A stretch of 64,000 nucleotides of DNA from Sphagnum compactum (taxonomy: Eukaryota), in NCBI GenBank assembly GCA_965153455.1, contig OZ234493.1, forward strand, positions 25,286,213 through 25,350,212, given 5' to 3'. Position 1 is the stretch's first letter. Every line of letters begins with the position of its first letter. Below the pieces are notes generated by a model that saw only the letters and a list, made by a program, of their open reading frames with translations, was not told where the DNA came from and made no database searches. Of the stretch, positions 1-12,949 are shown piece after piece. A program made the translations under genes and the position numbers.

Positions 1-53
1 GACATTTGATTTTATTATCCAGAGTGACATACTGAGCACCGGTGGAGATGCTC
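1..53. mobile_element. Right end of a PIF/Harbinger (Tourist-like) MITE, truncated by the window edge
   Basis: Ends ...ACATACTGAGCACCGGTGGAGATGCTC. Its reverse complement GAGCATCTCCACCGGTGCTCAGTATGT closely matches the left end of the complete element at 9304 (GAGCATCTCCAGAAGTGCTCAGTATGT). Confidence 0.7.
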
Positions 54-2950
54 TCTGGTACTGATTACTAACTCATAATAAGGGATTGAAAACTAATTGG
101 GGACAAACATGTAAGCTATCCATATATGACAGTTGGTGTAGAGTATCCATGTTCAATTTTCCTTGGCATTATTTCATTCTAGACCTATTCATGGACCCCA
201 ATCTCAATGAGGATTTGGGTATTGGGCCCCAGCTTTTTTTGAATTCTCAAATTTCAATTGGGCCGACCATTCCCATCAAACCCAACAAAATTGTGCGGTA
301 GGTTTGTCCCGGACCCCACAATTTGAAACTCCCTTGGTTCACTCACCTTGACCACCCCCATCCCTCCGTCTCTTTCTCTCTCTCTCTTTCTCCGGGGGCA
401 TCAAGGTCCTCCTCATATGTCCAAAATTATTTTGTGCAACATGTGACAAATAGCTCACATAAGTGTGCTCTTGCACCTCTTTCACCTCTTCTCTTATTGT
501 TTTTCTTCACCTCCGTCTCGGTATCTTTCTTGGACAAATTTTGTCCTTTTTTTGAGGGTATTTTTGTGGGAAGGTTTGGCTAAATGGTTTTTCTCCTAAT
601 TTACTCAATTAAATTTTTGGGTAAAATTGGTTGTTGTGCATAAGGGTCAGTTCTCCACTACTAGTTTTGAGAACTTGAGGTAGTAAGGTAGGTTCAAGGG
701 TTTGGTTTATTTTATTTTATTTTATTGTTAAAATAAATTTTTTTTTTTTTCATGACCATATTTTCAAGAGTAAGGTTACATAACTATGTTGATAAACATT
801 GGTGTGGCCACATGGGGGAGGGGAGGGGGTTGCTTAGTATCTTCATCTTCTTTTAGTGACCATACTTAACCCATGAAATGTTAAATTTGGATTTAGAGAG
901 CATAATTTAGGTTTAGGATGAGATATTTACTAATGTTGCCAAGTTCTTGATTTCAAAAGGCAACTTTAGTCTCAATTATTACTAATTTTTGTTTTGGGTG
1001 GAACCTTTGATCTAGTCTTGAGTTTAGTTTTTTTTAAAAATTAAACCTTAGGTTTTGATTTTTTCACAAAAAATTTAGAATCAGTCCAATTTAAGATTAG
1101 GTTTAGTTCCAACTTCATTATACATAATGATTTATAATTTTTTCAGCAATATTATTTTTTTCAACAAGTACACAAAGTTCAAGATAAAAATTATGTAATA
1201 TTAATGATGTATAACCAACCAAATGGAATAACTTGCTTAAAAAATGTAGGGTCAAGCTTATATATACACTTATCTAATTAAAGAACTTGAATCAATTTAG
1301 AACATGACAACAAACTTTAAAACTTGACTTATAACTTGGATCCAAACTTATGTAAATCCCAAAACCGGGGAATGAGAATATAGACCTACATTTGCAAACA
1401 TTGACAAAAACATGTACATTATTTCTTCTCTTGGAATTGTCTTGCGTCTTGACCCAATATCTTTATGGAGATGTCAATTAAGACTTGTTATATATCAATG
1501 TTGTGTGGGTATTTATTTTTAACATGACATACGATTTTGGGTATTTTATATTTTATAACTTTGGTTACTTTTATGAACAAGGTGTTAAATTAAATATTTT
1601 TAAAAAACCTCCATGTTTGGTTTTTTTTTTTTTTTTTTTTTTCAAATTATGGCAAGTATCGGGGTATAAGGTTATTAAAGTGAATGCGATTTTGGATATG
1701 GTTAAGATTTAGGGTTATGATTTCAAGAAAAGCGCATACAATTGAAAAATCAAAAAAATAAAAATAAAAATTGAAGCTCAAACAAACAAAAATTGAAACA
1801 CATATACCAAAAAGGATCAAATTGACAAAAACCAAAGTTCACAACTTATACATAAAGAAGAAATTTAAACACACAAACTCAAAGTGATGGAAGAAATCTT
1901 AAATCTCAATAGTATTAATTCAAAACATTGAAACTTGAGGAGATCTCTGAGGTTTTCCTCATAAAAAATACATGGATAAAAAGTTTTGGGTTTTACCTTG
2001 ATTCTACCATGATCAACAATTCACAAATAAAGGTTTAAACCAAGTTTTTAATATTTAGATTTAGTTACGTTAGATTCTAATACCTAAATTCATAATCGCT
2101 AGTTTTAACCAATGTTGGTTGATTATTGAAAAACGACCTCAATATCAAAAATGACCAAATATCATATAACTTACATGTCAATTCCCTTTCCAAGAAATAT
2201 TCAACCAAAAACCTATTCAGCCTAGTAATAAGATTTTAGATACCATGTAAATACCCTACTGGCAAGGTATTAATTTTTTAAAAAACCAATACCTTATTGA
2301 TACCCTAATGGGAACCTATCACTTTTACTTGGGTCAATTTATTTTCTTTTAGATATATCATCCATTTTATTTTCTTCATTCAAGCACCTTCATCCATTTA
2401 GGGTTTCACTTTTTGTTGTATACTTAAAACCCTAAACCACAAGTCCCTCTCTCATGTGTTGCTTTCAGCTTTGCATTTGGCAATTTTTTTTACTTCTTGT
2501 TGGGATGAATTATCGTGTTTAGTGGCTACTAATCCATCCCAACAACTGTAATGGTTGTTTGGGAAATCCTTGAATGCTATTGTGAAGATTGAGGACGAAT
2601 ATTGAAGCGTTGGTGGGGGTTTGTGACGACAAATTTTCGTTTCAATTTGCAACAATCGAACTAATGCACTTATAGGTAAGTATTTTTGGCCCCTTCTGTT
2701 AAGTTTTGTTTATGTTCATTGTCGTTGTAGTTATTGTTTTGTTTAACACCATCCTTTAGATGTATGGGACTAAATGTGTCGCGTTGAAGTTATGTTACAG
2801 AAACATACTTGCATGAATTGTTTCAGGGATTTGATTTCGAGTTGTGAATTCTAAAATTCATCAAAGGAAAACTTTTATAATTCATTAATGCTAGTTTATA
2901 TGTTAGATTCTAGAGTTTTTTTGTTTTTTCCATTGTAAATCAGAATCTAA

Positions 2951-5770
2951 ATGGTAGATCAGACTAAAACATTTGGTTTGAATGTGTATATGCATGAGGG
3001 CTTTGATTGTTATGATGTCCACTTGGAATCAGTGAATTTAATTAAGCATTTTGGGTTAGTAATTGGTTTGATTTCGATGCCAAGTGGACCATTTGCATCT
3101 AAAAGCATTGCAATGCTTAGTGACTTGGATGAGGAAGTATAAATTGCACATGAAGTTTTGAAAGTTCAATTCATCTTGAATAAGAAAACATGGGTCCTTC
3201 ACTGCAGGTTGTCTCTCACTTGGCATTGTTTTGTAGTGACTGATGGCAGTAAGCTAGATCCCATTATCCTTTAAATTATAGGCTCAAAGCACACTAAAGG
3301 TGAGTCATTTTGCACCAAAAAAGGTGATGTATAACAAGTATCATAATATGCAGTAAGTTAAAATCTTGATGGTATTTTTTGGCTATCATAAACACAAGCA
3401 AAAAACTTTAAAATTTGCATGACAACATTTTGGAACTCAAAGTTCACTTTGAATCAAAATTAATCGTGATCCAAGAGTTAGATGAAGAGAATTGTATAAA
3501 ATCAATGTACATACAATATATAACTTACAATTTTTTGATGGCCATTTTTTGAAAATCACATTTTTTTACTTACCCATGGGTGCATTAGTTCGATTGTTGC
3601 ACCCATAGGTAAGTAAATGGTTTAACATGCCATCTTTTCATTGGTGGCTAAAACCATGGAATTATATGTAATTCTTGCTTTGGATTGATGTGTTACAACA
3701 ATAACCTCTTTGACTATGGATGTCAAAATTTAAACATGACATATTAGTTCTTGTGATTAATTTTGTATATTCGTTATGGGCGCTTTGCCCTGTGATAGTG
3801 GGACTTTTTGAAGTCATTGATACATTTAGAATCGCAATGGTGGTGCAAGTCAAGGATCTCTTGTCATCATACAATTTACTAGACAAACTAATTACATGTG
3901 AAGGATGAAGGTGGCAATTTGTCCACCCTTACACAAGCTCATACTTTAATTGTTAGTTGTGGTATTTTAGGACTTGCAATTCCTTGGGTCGTGTTTTGCC
4001 CATGCTTTTAGCACAACATCGGGTGAAAACACAATAAAGTGTACAACTAAAAGTACTTGCCAGTCTCCTTGTCAAGTGAACAAAAAATAGGACCAAAACC
4101 CATCACAAAATTGTTATACATTCAATATTTTTAGTTGAATGATAAATAACAAGATATTTTTTCATTACTATGCATTAATTTTTAAATTTTGCATTGTAAA
4201 AATAGGTTTCAAGTAGACTTTTCTAAATGTAAGTAAGCAACTTTAAAAACCTATTTTCTATAGTGTAACATTTGATTCAAGTATCTATCAAGTATATTAT
4301 ACCAAAAAAAAAGTAGATTTGTTTTTTGTTGAGACTTTTGAATATACAAGATGATCTTTATGCTATAACTTCGTACATGTATATTTCATTAAATTTTGTA
4401 ATGAAAAAGTAGGTTTGAACACCATATTGACCAAATCAATTCCAAACCTATTTATTCCCTACTTTTATTATTCCAAAGTTTTTGAAATTTGGTAGTTGGT
4501 TTACAATAAATCCAAGTGAGGGTTCAATAGTTTCAAAATGAAATTTAAGTAAAATTTAAATCTACTTTTTTGTGTTTCATGAAAAACTGCCTATTTTTTA
4601 ACTTGATATTTTTTCGGCAACTTTTTCGATATAATTACGATGCTTTCACCCCATGCCAATATGCTTGTAATGATAATAATGTTTTCATTGGTTTTAGGGA
4701 GGTTAAATTGAAGGCCATCCAATTTACACTACAGAAAACAATTACATGGATTAAGAAGTCCGGCAAAGGGCATAGCAAATGGCACAAGGCATGCCTTAAT
4801 GTTGGGCTCTCCCATCAAAAACTAAAAACAATGGTGAAAACTAGGTTTGTTAGCAAGGTGATTTTGTTTTAAGAAAACCTATAGTATCATGATGCCATTA
4901 ATCTATGTTATGGGAGGCAATAAAATCAAGAATTACAAGGTTGTGTGTTAGAATGCACACACATGTGCAGTTTGTAAAATGGTTGCTAAAACATTGCCTC
5001 CTATTGAAACAATGTATTTTCAATCAAACTCGAGGATATTGGGTACTTTTTTAATGCCCTAAATGCTTTAAAATTACCCTTTTCAGTTTTGTGAGGGGGG
5101 ATTTTGAATTTGAATTGGGGGCCTTGTGGGTGCATATGATGGCATAAATTAAGGCTATATTGGTTCTATTTCTAGCATTTACATCTTCTTACAATGTTAG
5201 CAAGGCTCACAACATGTTAACATTAATGTTGGATGGTTGTGGTTGAGTATGACAATAAGAGTTTGTTGCCATTGTTGGTGGTTTTTTTTCATTTTTTAAA
5301 CCCCACCATTGATGGCTTGACTGAAGCAACACCAATTGATGATGATTCCATCTTTGGAACAATGACTTCAAATGTAGCCATTTTGCACAACTTATTGAAG
5401 AATGAATTGGGCTTATTCCACCATTCACATGTGAAGCCAGAAAATTCCATACTACGTTTGATTTGGTGAAAGTCCACGAAGCACAATTTCCAAAACTTTT
5501 TTGTGGCTCGATAGATTTTGGGGATTCTTGGAAGGAATTTTTAGAATAGCTAGAGCGTTGACAAGCCTCAAGCATTATAGGCTGGGAATTGACCATTTGG
5601 ACAAGTTGGTGATGATAATGAAAAATTGGTCAGCTAATGCAAAATCAGATTGCCCACAAGAAAGACGTTCCATTGATGAATTCCTTATGGAAGAGGTGAA
5701 TAACATTGATGAAAATGATACACTCTTGAATGTAGTTAGTTATTTCAATGTTGATCATGAGTTAGTGTGA
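2951..5770 (+). mobile_element. Decayed hAT-superfamily transposase (pseudogene with stops, frameshifts and a nested insertion)
   Basis: Ordered motifs in translated fragments: LWMSKFKHDILVLVINFV (catalytic Asp region), VKDEGGNL (~3898), CFAHAFS (CxxH), LKTMVKTRF, AHNMLTLMLD, YDNKSLLPLL, and C-terminal IFRIARALTSLKHYRLGIDHLDKLVMIMKNW (hAT dimerisation-like). Element ends not defined. Confidence 0.8.
4020..4652. mobile_element. AT-rich non-autonomous TIR element nested in the hAT transposase
   Basis: Degenerate TIRs (CGGGTGAAAACA.../...TGCTTTCACCCC) flanked by AT on both sides. Removing it rejoins the frame as CFAHAFSTTCQYAC. Confidence 0.65.
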
Positions 5771-6902
5771 TGGATGTGAATGTTGATGAACATTTTGCTT
5801 TTTTTTTTTTATGGACTTGCTTTGCCATTTGGTGGAATTTTTGAGGTGTCAACCCAAGTGGTTGACTGTATTGGTCAATTAAGTTAACTACTTCTAATTA
5901 AATGTAGGGGTAAAGGTTATATTAGTTGTCACATCCGTTCCATTTTTTAGTTTTGATTGGTTGTGTGCAAGTGTGGATTTTACATTGATTAACAAGTGGA
6001 GTTCTTTGGCCAACTTTGCCTCTACCCCTACATTTAATTGGTGGCATGCCATTGTATCAATGGACTTCCACTTCCCCTAATCTATGGTTTAGTAATAATT
6101 ACAGTAGTTGAGGTGAATATGCTATTTTGGCAAGTTTACAAGGTGATCATTTTCAAAAATTTGTCATGGTTTTTTATATGTTTGGGGTGAAGTTTTAGTC
6201 CTCACTCGCCTCTTCTATCAAAGATCTCACACCGGAAGCCATTGGGGGATTAAGGAATGTCCAAATAAGCTATGGAGAAATGCTGGACCTTTGCTTGCTT
6301 TTCCATGGTTTGACACAATTGGTATCATTTTTTTTCTTAGAACAAAAAATCATGATGAAAAATTAGAATCCTTTTCCTGTCAGCACACTTGGATTTGAAA
6401 CTCATTGTTCAAACTCTTTGGTACTATATTCATATTCTCCCTTGGCTTGAGCTTTTTGACATTTAAGTATCAATGTATCTTTGGTATTAATGTATCAATC
6501 AATGTATATGGGTACTCATAATATATTTATGAGTGATGGGTATCAATATTATATTATATTAATTTATGGGTATCAAAATCTTGAAATGTGAAATGTGCGA
6601 TTTAAAGATGTGAAAAGAATGAAAATAAGAAAATGTGAAAATAATGATACTAAGAAGATAAAAAATGTGAAAAAAGAGAAGAAGAATGGAAATAAAAAAA
6701 ATAAAAAATTGTTTGATAAGTGACCTAGGCACAATATATTGGCCGGTTCTCAACAGGGTTTTGCAAAAACCAACCCTGATACATACCGGCCAGTTCTTAC
6801 ATGTAAAAATAAAATAAAAATGTGCATACCTATCACATTTTGGTTGGCAGGTTTGAGAATTTGAGAAATCTTAATACTTGATACCCATCACTCATAAAAA
6901 AT

Positions 6903-7137
6903 GGAAAATTTTAAATTCACACCTTTTTTGGTTAAATTCACACCCTTCGCGTGTCCGATTTTATGCAGATTAAACTTTAAGAGTATGTTCCTTTATCAGT
7001 TCAATTACTTCTGCGGGCAAGTTCTCGAGTTGTGCCCTGATTGACCACAGACCCCACACAATTTAATCTGCATATAATCGGAGGCACGAAGAAAGGGTGT
7101 GAATTTAACCAAAAAAGGTGTGAATTTAAAATTTTCC
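6903..7137. mobile_element. Long-TIR MITE (Mutator-like or foldback)
   Basis: Perfect 45-bp TIR GGAAAATTTTAAATTCACACCTTTTTTGGTTAAATTCACACCCTT, extending imperfectly to about 70 bp. No clean TSD. Confidence 0.8.
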
Positions 7138-8560
7138 TAAATATATTATGACTATTATATACAGTTTAGGGGTCTCATATACAATGAGGTACCTAGTGTT
7201 TTAAAAGGGTTTTTAAAAAGAGATTTTGTTTCATTCAAAATTTCTCCAGAGCTTTTGTTTTTTTGTTTTTTTCCCCCCCCCCCTTCCCTTTCTTGGGGGG
7301 CCATATTTGACGAACACAAGAAGAGGTTCTAAGTGTTACTGGGTGTTGAGCCTAGCGGTCCGCGCACATGCAAAAAAAAAGAAAAAGAAAAAGAACACCA
7401 CCAACTAATAAATACTTACATCATCCGTAAAGTGTTCTAAAGCAATCTAGCAGCTCGACTTGATAAGGCTTTCCGGTTGCAATCGATTCTTCTTCCATTT
7501 GTGCACCCCAAAAAAACAGAAAAATGTACCTCTCGGACCGACCCTAATGGTCGGTCGGACAAGAACAAATCTTAGGACTTGGCCAAACCGTGATTTCAGA
7601 TTTCTCGTAAATTCTTTCTACCTTGGACGTCTTCTCCCCCCCCCCCCCCCCCCCCAAAAACACCAAACACAAAATTAATTATTTTTTTTCCTTCTGTCAT
7701 GGAATATTCTAGCAAGTCTAATACCAACGTTTCGTTTGTTCAGTTCCCCTTTTCGTTCGTCATATTCTTTGTTCAGTCGGCCTATCGTTCTCTGTAATGT
7801 TCGTTCCTCGGTCTGTCCGTTCTTCCGTTCGTTCGTCCGTTCGTCGAGCTCTCTCTCTCTCTCTCTCTTCCTTCGCTCTTCGCGCGCCGCTGCACAGCGG
7901 CGATTTCACAGGTTCACAGGAAAGGAGAGAGACCGCAGAGACATTTCATGGATGCGAAATCTGTTCTTCTTTTCTCTCCCGATGTCATAGCCTGACCAAG
8001 AGCATGTCCGTTTGTGCATGCGTGTTGTGATTGAAAGCCGAATAAACTACTGGCTTGACGAATCGACCAGGCAAGAAGAAGAAGAACTAGGTGGGGTGGA
8101 GTTGGTTTGGAACTTTTACCGTTCCTTTATAGCAGAATCAGCTGCTGCTGCTCTATTGTAGAGTGAGAACCTTATTCATAGTAATCAATCAGATTCTTCG
8201 CTACTGCTAATCAACATGCAAGCATGCGGGATACATCGTGTTTGTTTGCGAATGCAATCGTGGGGGGTGCGACAAACGGAGTTTTTTGATACTATTGCAG
8301 TAGCGTTCCTGACTTTGTTTCTGAAAAGGGGGAGAGGAGAGATATGAGGGTGGGAAGTTTATGGTTTAGTAGTAGTCTCGTATCGTTGAACCGATAAACT
8401 TTTGATAGATATAGAAGAGTTGTTAGTACAGAGGCATTGTTGTTTGACGTCGTTGAACTTTCAGCTCCGAAAGCTAAGCTCCGCTCGTTCGCAGATCGCA
8501 GCGGGAGGCCCATGCCGTTTGCTGCTATTTGTGTGAATGCTCGAGAGGGGGAGCAGCATA

Positions 8561-8616
8561 AAACCCTAGCGAGTTTTGGATTTTGGAGCGGCGAAAAAAA
8601 AAACCCCAAACCCTAA
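8561..8616 (+). promoter_or_regulatory. Two telo-box motifs (AAACCCTA) just upstream of the UNC93-like start codon
   Basis: AAACCCTAG at about 8562 and AAACCCTAA at 8608-8616, plus GGCCCA (site II-like) at about 8508. Motif match only. Confidence 0.35.
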
Positions 8617-8631
8617 GCAGCAGCATCAGGA

Positions 8632-11600
8632 ATGTCTAATCGTTCGGATATCATTGCCATAGAGGCCGTCAGTGAAGTAGCGGCGGCGGCGGATTCTGAG
8701 GACGATTCCTTCTTCCATCGCTCGCCGAGTGTTGTGGAAGCTTGGCAACGACAGGACCGCGATAATGTCCCAGTTCTAAGACGCTCCGATTCCATGGATG
8801 GGAATTGGAGCCCGGCTGTGCGAGATCTGCATATGCTCAGCTTGAGCTTCCTCTTTGTCTTCCTCGCCTATGGAGCTATACAGAATCTGGAAAGCAGTCT
8901 TCATGTGGTAAGTGTCTCTCTTAGCAGCTTTGCGTCTCTTGTTAAGCGTTAGATTCATTGCGGCAGGGATAGACACACACTTTTAACACTGAAGCTTTGT
9001 GGTGGTGGTGTACGCAGACTGATGGTCTGGGATCAACATCCTTGGCCGTGCTTTATCTTTCTTTGACGATTTCATCTTTGGGGTCACCTTTCATGGTCAT
9101 GTGGCTGGGTTCCAAGAATGCTATTCTCTTTGGTCTGTCAGGCTACTGGGCTTTCATTGCAGCCAACATCTTCCCATCCTGGTAAGCCATGGAATCTAAA
9201 CACTAAACTATATACCATACAAGGTAGCAGCAGCAGCAGCAGCAGCAGGGGTTTCTGAAGCTGAGAGTATTTTGGTCTTTTGTCACTGCTACAGTACATG
9301 TAAGAGCATCTCCAGAAGTGCTCAGTATGTGACCCTGCAAACATATTTCTCACATCCAAGTTTTAGGTATTGACCTTCTTCCAACCCTATCCATACAACT
9401 AAAGCTGGGACGGCAAATAGATGGGAGACTACTAGTAGCAACCCACCTCGACGGATCAAACTATCTAGCAAATCAGAAAGAAGGAGCAGCCAATAAATAT
9501 GATTTGATTGTATTTATTAGACTCTTCCAGGGCTCCTCCAGGGCCCTGGAAGCTGTGCATTTTTCCAGAATCACAGCAGTCTGCCAGTGGATTCACTGGA
9601 TATGACTACTGCACCTCATCCTAGATTTTCAGTGCAGGGCCACATGCTTAGCACCAGTGGAAATGCTCTAAGGCTTTGGATGTCTAGTTTGTTGATCACC
9701 AATCCTGAGGGCTTTGCATTTTCAGCTGCATTTTGTCACTCAAAAGCTCCTTCCAAGTTCATGTTTACAAAGCACTCATTAGGTTTTCAGTTGTAGATTG
9801 TAGGTTGTGCTGCAATAGCTGTGTGGCTGATAATGGCAAAATACTGAAGTAGGTGCATATTGCTGCTGGAACCTGATGCTATACAATGTCAGTGATGGAA
9901 ATTTTGGGTTGATATAATGAATGCCCTTCATTCCTGTGGTTTCCAGTGAATCCACGAGGTAAGATTAGCACATACCCAGTGGTTCTGTGTACGGAAGAGC
10001 CTCAGATTGAAGAGTCACAAGTTGTCAAGTTCAATAAACTTCTTACCAGAAAACCCTGTTGTGTTTGCCAGGTACACCATGATTCCTGCATCTGTATTTC
10101 TGGGATTTACAGCCTCCATCCTTTGGGTTGCAGAGGTGCCAGATTCTCTTTATGCAATTCAGATGGAGATAATATTATTTTTTGATTTGGACATCGTGTT
10201 CCTTCAATTGCATCATCATAGATGTCTGTGAGAATGGCCATGTGACATTTGTCTTCTTTGGGTAATGACATCAGTCCTGTAGTAGTATGATTTCAGTAGA
10301 ATAAGGTACTCTGACAAGCATGGACTGGGAGGTAAATTGCTGACAATAGATTGTTGGGCATTCACAGGGTACTTACTTGACGTTTGCAGCCAAGAGTCAT
10401 GCAGCTGCATGCAACATCACAGAAGCCACAGCTATAGGGACTTTCAATGGGCAATTCTGGGGCGTGTTTGCATCCAATCAGGTTCCATGCTTAACATTAA
10501 GCACAAAATGAGCCAGAACTGAAGGAACATGAACCAGTCCAAAATTTTAAGCTGTAGTTTTGGACTTCATTTTTCTGAAGGGTGTATCACTGAGCATGTT
10601 GAGGTTTTTTTCACTGAAACATTTCTATTGGAACAGCACTCATAATACTTCTGTAACACTAGTTTTGGGGTTTCAGGTGGTTGGCAATCTTATATCACTG
10701 GCCTTGTTGCAATTTGAAAAGGTGGGTGCCCATCAACATCACTTGGCTCAAGCATTTTCATGGGAAATTTCTAGTTCATGGGGAGCTTACTTGACTATTT
10801 TTACATGCTACTGTCATTAAGCCTGATCCATCTCATGGTTGGGTCTTTACATGCAAGAATTCACTTCTATGGTATGTGAAATTTCAGGGAAGTTATACTC
10901 TTGAGGGTCCAGGTGATGTAGATAAAGACATGTTTCTGGTTTAGGGTTTCATTAACAGTCGTTTCTTACTTAAACAAGTCCTGTGAACAGAGTTCAGCAG
11001 TGGATCCACATCAGGCCACTCCAGGCACAGTGCAGCTTTTCATTGTGTTTCTGGGAAGTATGACTGTGGGCACTGTGTTTGCCGTCCTTTTGAGACCACA
11101 TGGTCAAATACTGAAATTTGGGCCACCCCTGCTACGAAGTGATTCAGTCAATTCTGCCATATATAACCGTTCTTTTGTGAAGAGCACTTTCGCACTGCTA
11201 TTTGAAAAGAAGATGCTGCTACTGATATTGCTCTTAGTATACACTGGTTTGCAGCAGGCCTTTATCTGGTAGGTGCTCTTTGTGTCTATCCTCCTTGGCT
11301 TTTCAAACTTTTCTCTCCTATAAATGCTCTATGCATATATACCTAAACACTCTAGGTTTGTGTTGTCTGCATTGTTCACCTTGCTTGCCTGGACAAGCTA
11401 CCTGCTGCAGGGGCGATTTCACCAGGGACATAATCACCCCAGCTTTTGGTGTATCATGGGTTGGAGGTGTGATGGCTATTTATGGTGCTGCTGATGCCAT
11501 TGTAAGCTAAGTCTTCCCTGAATTGTGTTTGAGCTTGTTCAGCAATCTTATCCAATTTTCTTTTTCCTGATTTGCTTGTGACTATTATGACCTTGTGGGT

Positions 11601-12439
11601 GCTGCCGGGTTTACAAAATTGAGACTTGTTCAATTGTTGACCACAACTATAGATTCTGTACTTCTTTGGGCATGTCCAGTGACCCTTGGTAGAGGTGGGC
11701 AGGGGTCATTGGTAGCAGGCAAATATTCAACAGGCCTGGTGTCAATTGCGATCATCACATGTGTGGGTGCAATTACACAGGCCCTTGTTTTGATGATATT
11801 CTTCTGCAAACAAGAGTAAGTTGAAGGTTCAATGACATTCTCTTTATATGCTGTGTTCACAAGCTGTAACTAGCAACCTCAACTACTTTGTAGGTATGGT
11901 CATGAGACATTTACATGGAGACATTTGAGTAGGGTGCATCATACAGTCGATTGAACTTCCTCTGCATCCAATCCAGGTACATGGCTGGGTGGACTGACTA
12001 CATGTTGCTTGCGGGCCTGGCAATTGCATGGGGTGTGGGCGATGCAACATTCAACACACAGATCAGTGCTCTTCTTGGCATCCTCTACCCCCATGATACT
12101 GTGCGCACTTGGTCCTCTGCAGTTTGCTTACTGGTTTTGACATTACAACATTATCTGACCTATTGATGTTTGTGTGAATTGTGAAATTCATGGTCTAGTT
12201 GAGATGAAGGTCAATTCCACAATACCAAGATTTTATTTTGGGCCTTATGTGAACAGGAGGCTGCCTTTGCTCAATGGAAGATTTGGCAGAGCGCTGCAAC
12301 TTCAGCTGCTTTCTTTGCAAGCACACACATCGATCTAGCAACAAGGCTCCTATCTCTGTTGGGCATGCTTGTGGCCTCCATTGCAGCATTTTTGGTGGTT
12401 GTGTTAAGACCTGACCGTACTCACTGGTTGAAGTCTTGA
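8632..12439 (+). CDS. UNC93-like protein (MFS-fold membrane protein / ion channel regulator, UNC93-like 3 type), 10 exons, 483 aa
   Basis: Exons 8632-8907, 9018-9181, 10072-10135, 10368-10481, 10677-10721, 10991-11268, 11411-11501, 11703-11815, 11977-12100, 12257-12439. All introns are GT-AG with consistent phases; total 1452 nt. Motifs include RDLHMLSLSFLFVFLAYGAIQNLESSL, SILWVAEGTYLT, FNGQFWGVFA, YTGLQQAFIWGDFT, WGVGDATFNTQ, EAAFAQWKIWQS. Confidence 0.92.
9304..9668. mobile_element. PIF/Harbinger (Tourist-like) MITE in intron 2 of the UNC93-like gene
   Basis: TIRs GAGCATCTCCA.../...TGGAAATGCTC with extended subterminal complementarity. Exact TAA target duplication at 9301-9303 and 9669-9671. 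Confidence 0.85.
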
Positions 12440-12949
12440 AAGACATGGGATTGAAACAGCAACTTCACGGCAATTTGAATTCCTACCCTCAGAATAGGGT
12501 GTGTCAAAGAACTTGATTGTTTTGCTACAGAGCCACTGCTGTAGTTTGACTGTTGGAACATTGATTTGCTCATGGATCAACTGAGGTTGGAAGAAGAGGA
12601 ATGGTGCAGATTAACTGATTTCCACTGAAGGTGGTTGGTGCAGCTTGTGGCAAAGCATAGAGCAATGTTTTTTGAAAACATCAAATCAAAGATCAGTTGT
12701 CTTCATCAAGCACCCTGAAGCTACACAGCTGGTAGAAAAATAGCAAATTCTTAAATTGACAATGAATTGAGTGCAAGCTTGTTCTTCCAACACCAGTGCT
12801 CAAGCATGTACACAAGGTACTGTTAGCAAGACATTCTCTCTAGGCAATTAGATTCACTTTGATCTCACCATGCACAGAAGATAATAGAGTGATCATTATA
12901 TGGAGAGTCTTGTTACACCATTGTGGTACAACAGGCATTGTTTTGAAAG

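Noticed and set aside
7535..7555. Perfect hairpin GACCGACC-ctaat-GGTCGGTC as a Helitron 3-prime end
   Set aside because: No CTRR terminus at the expected distance and no matching 5-prime TC end identified.
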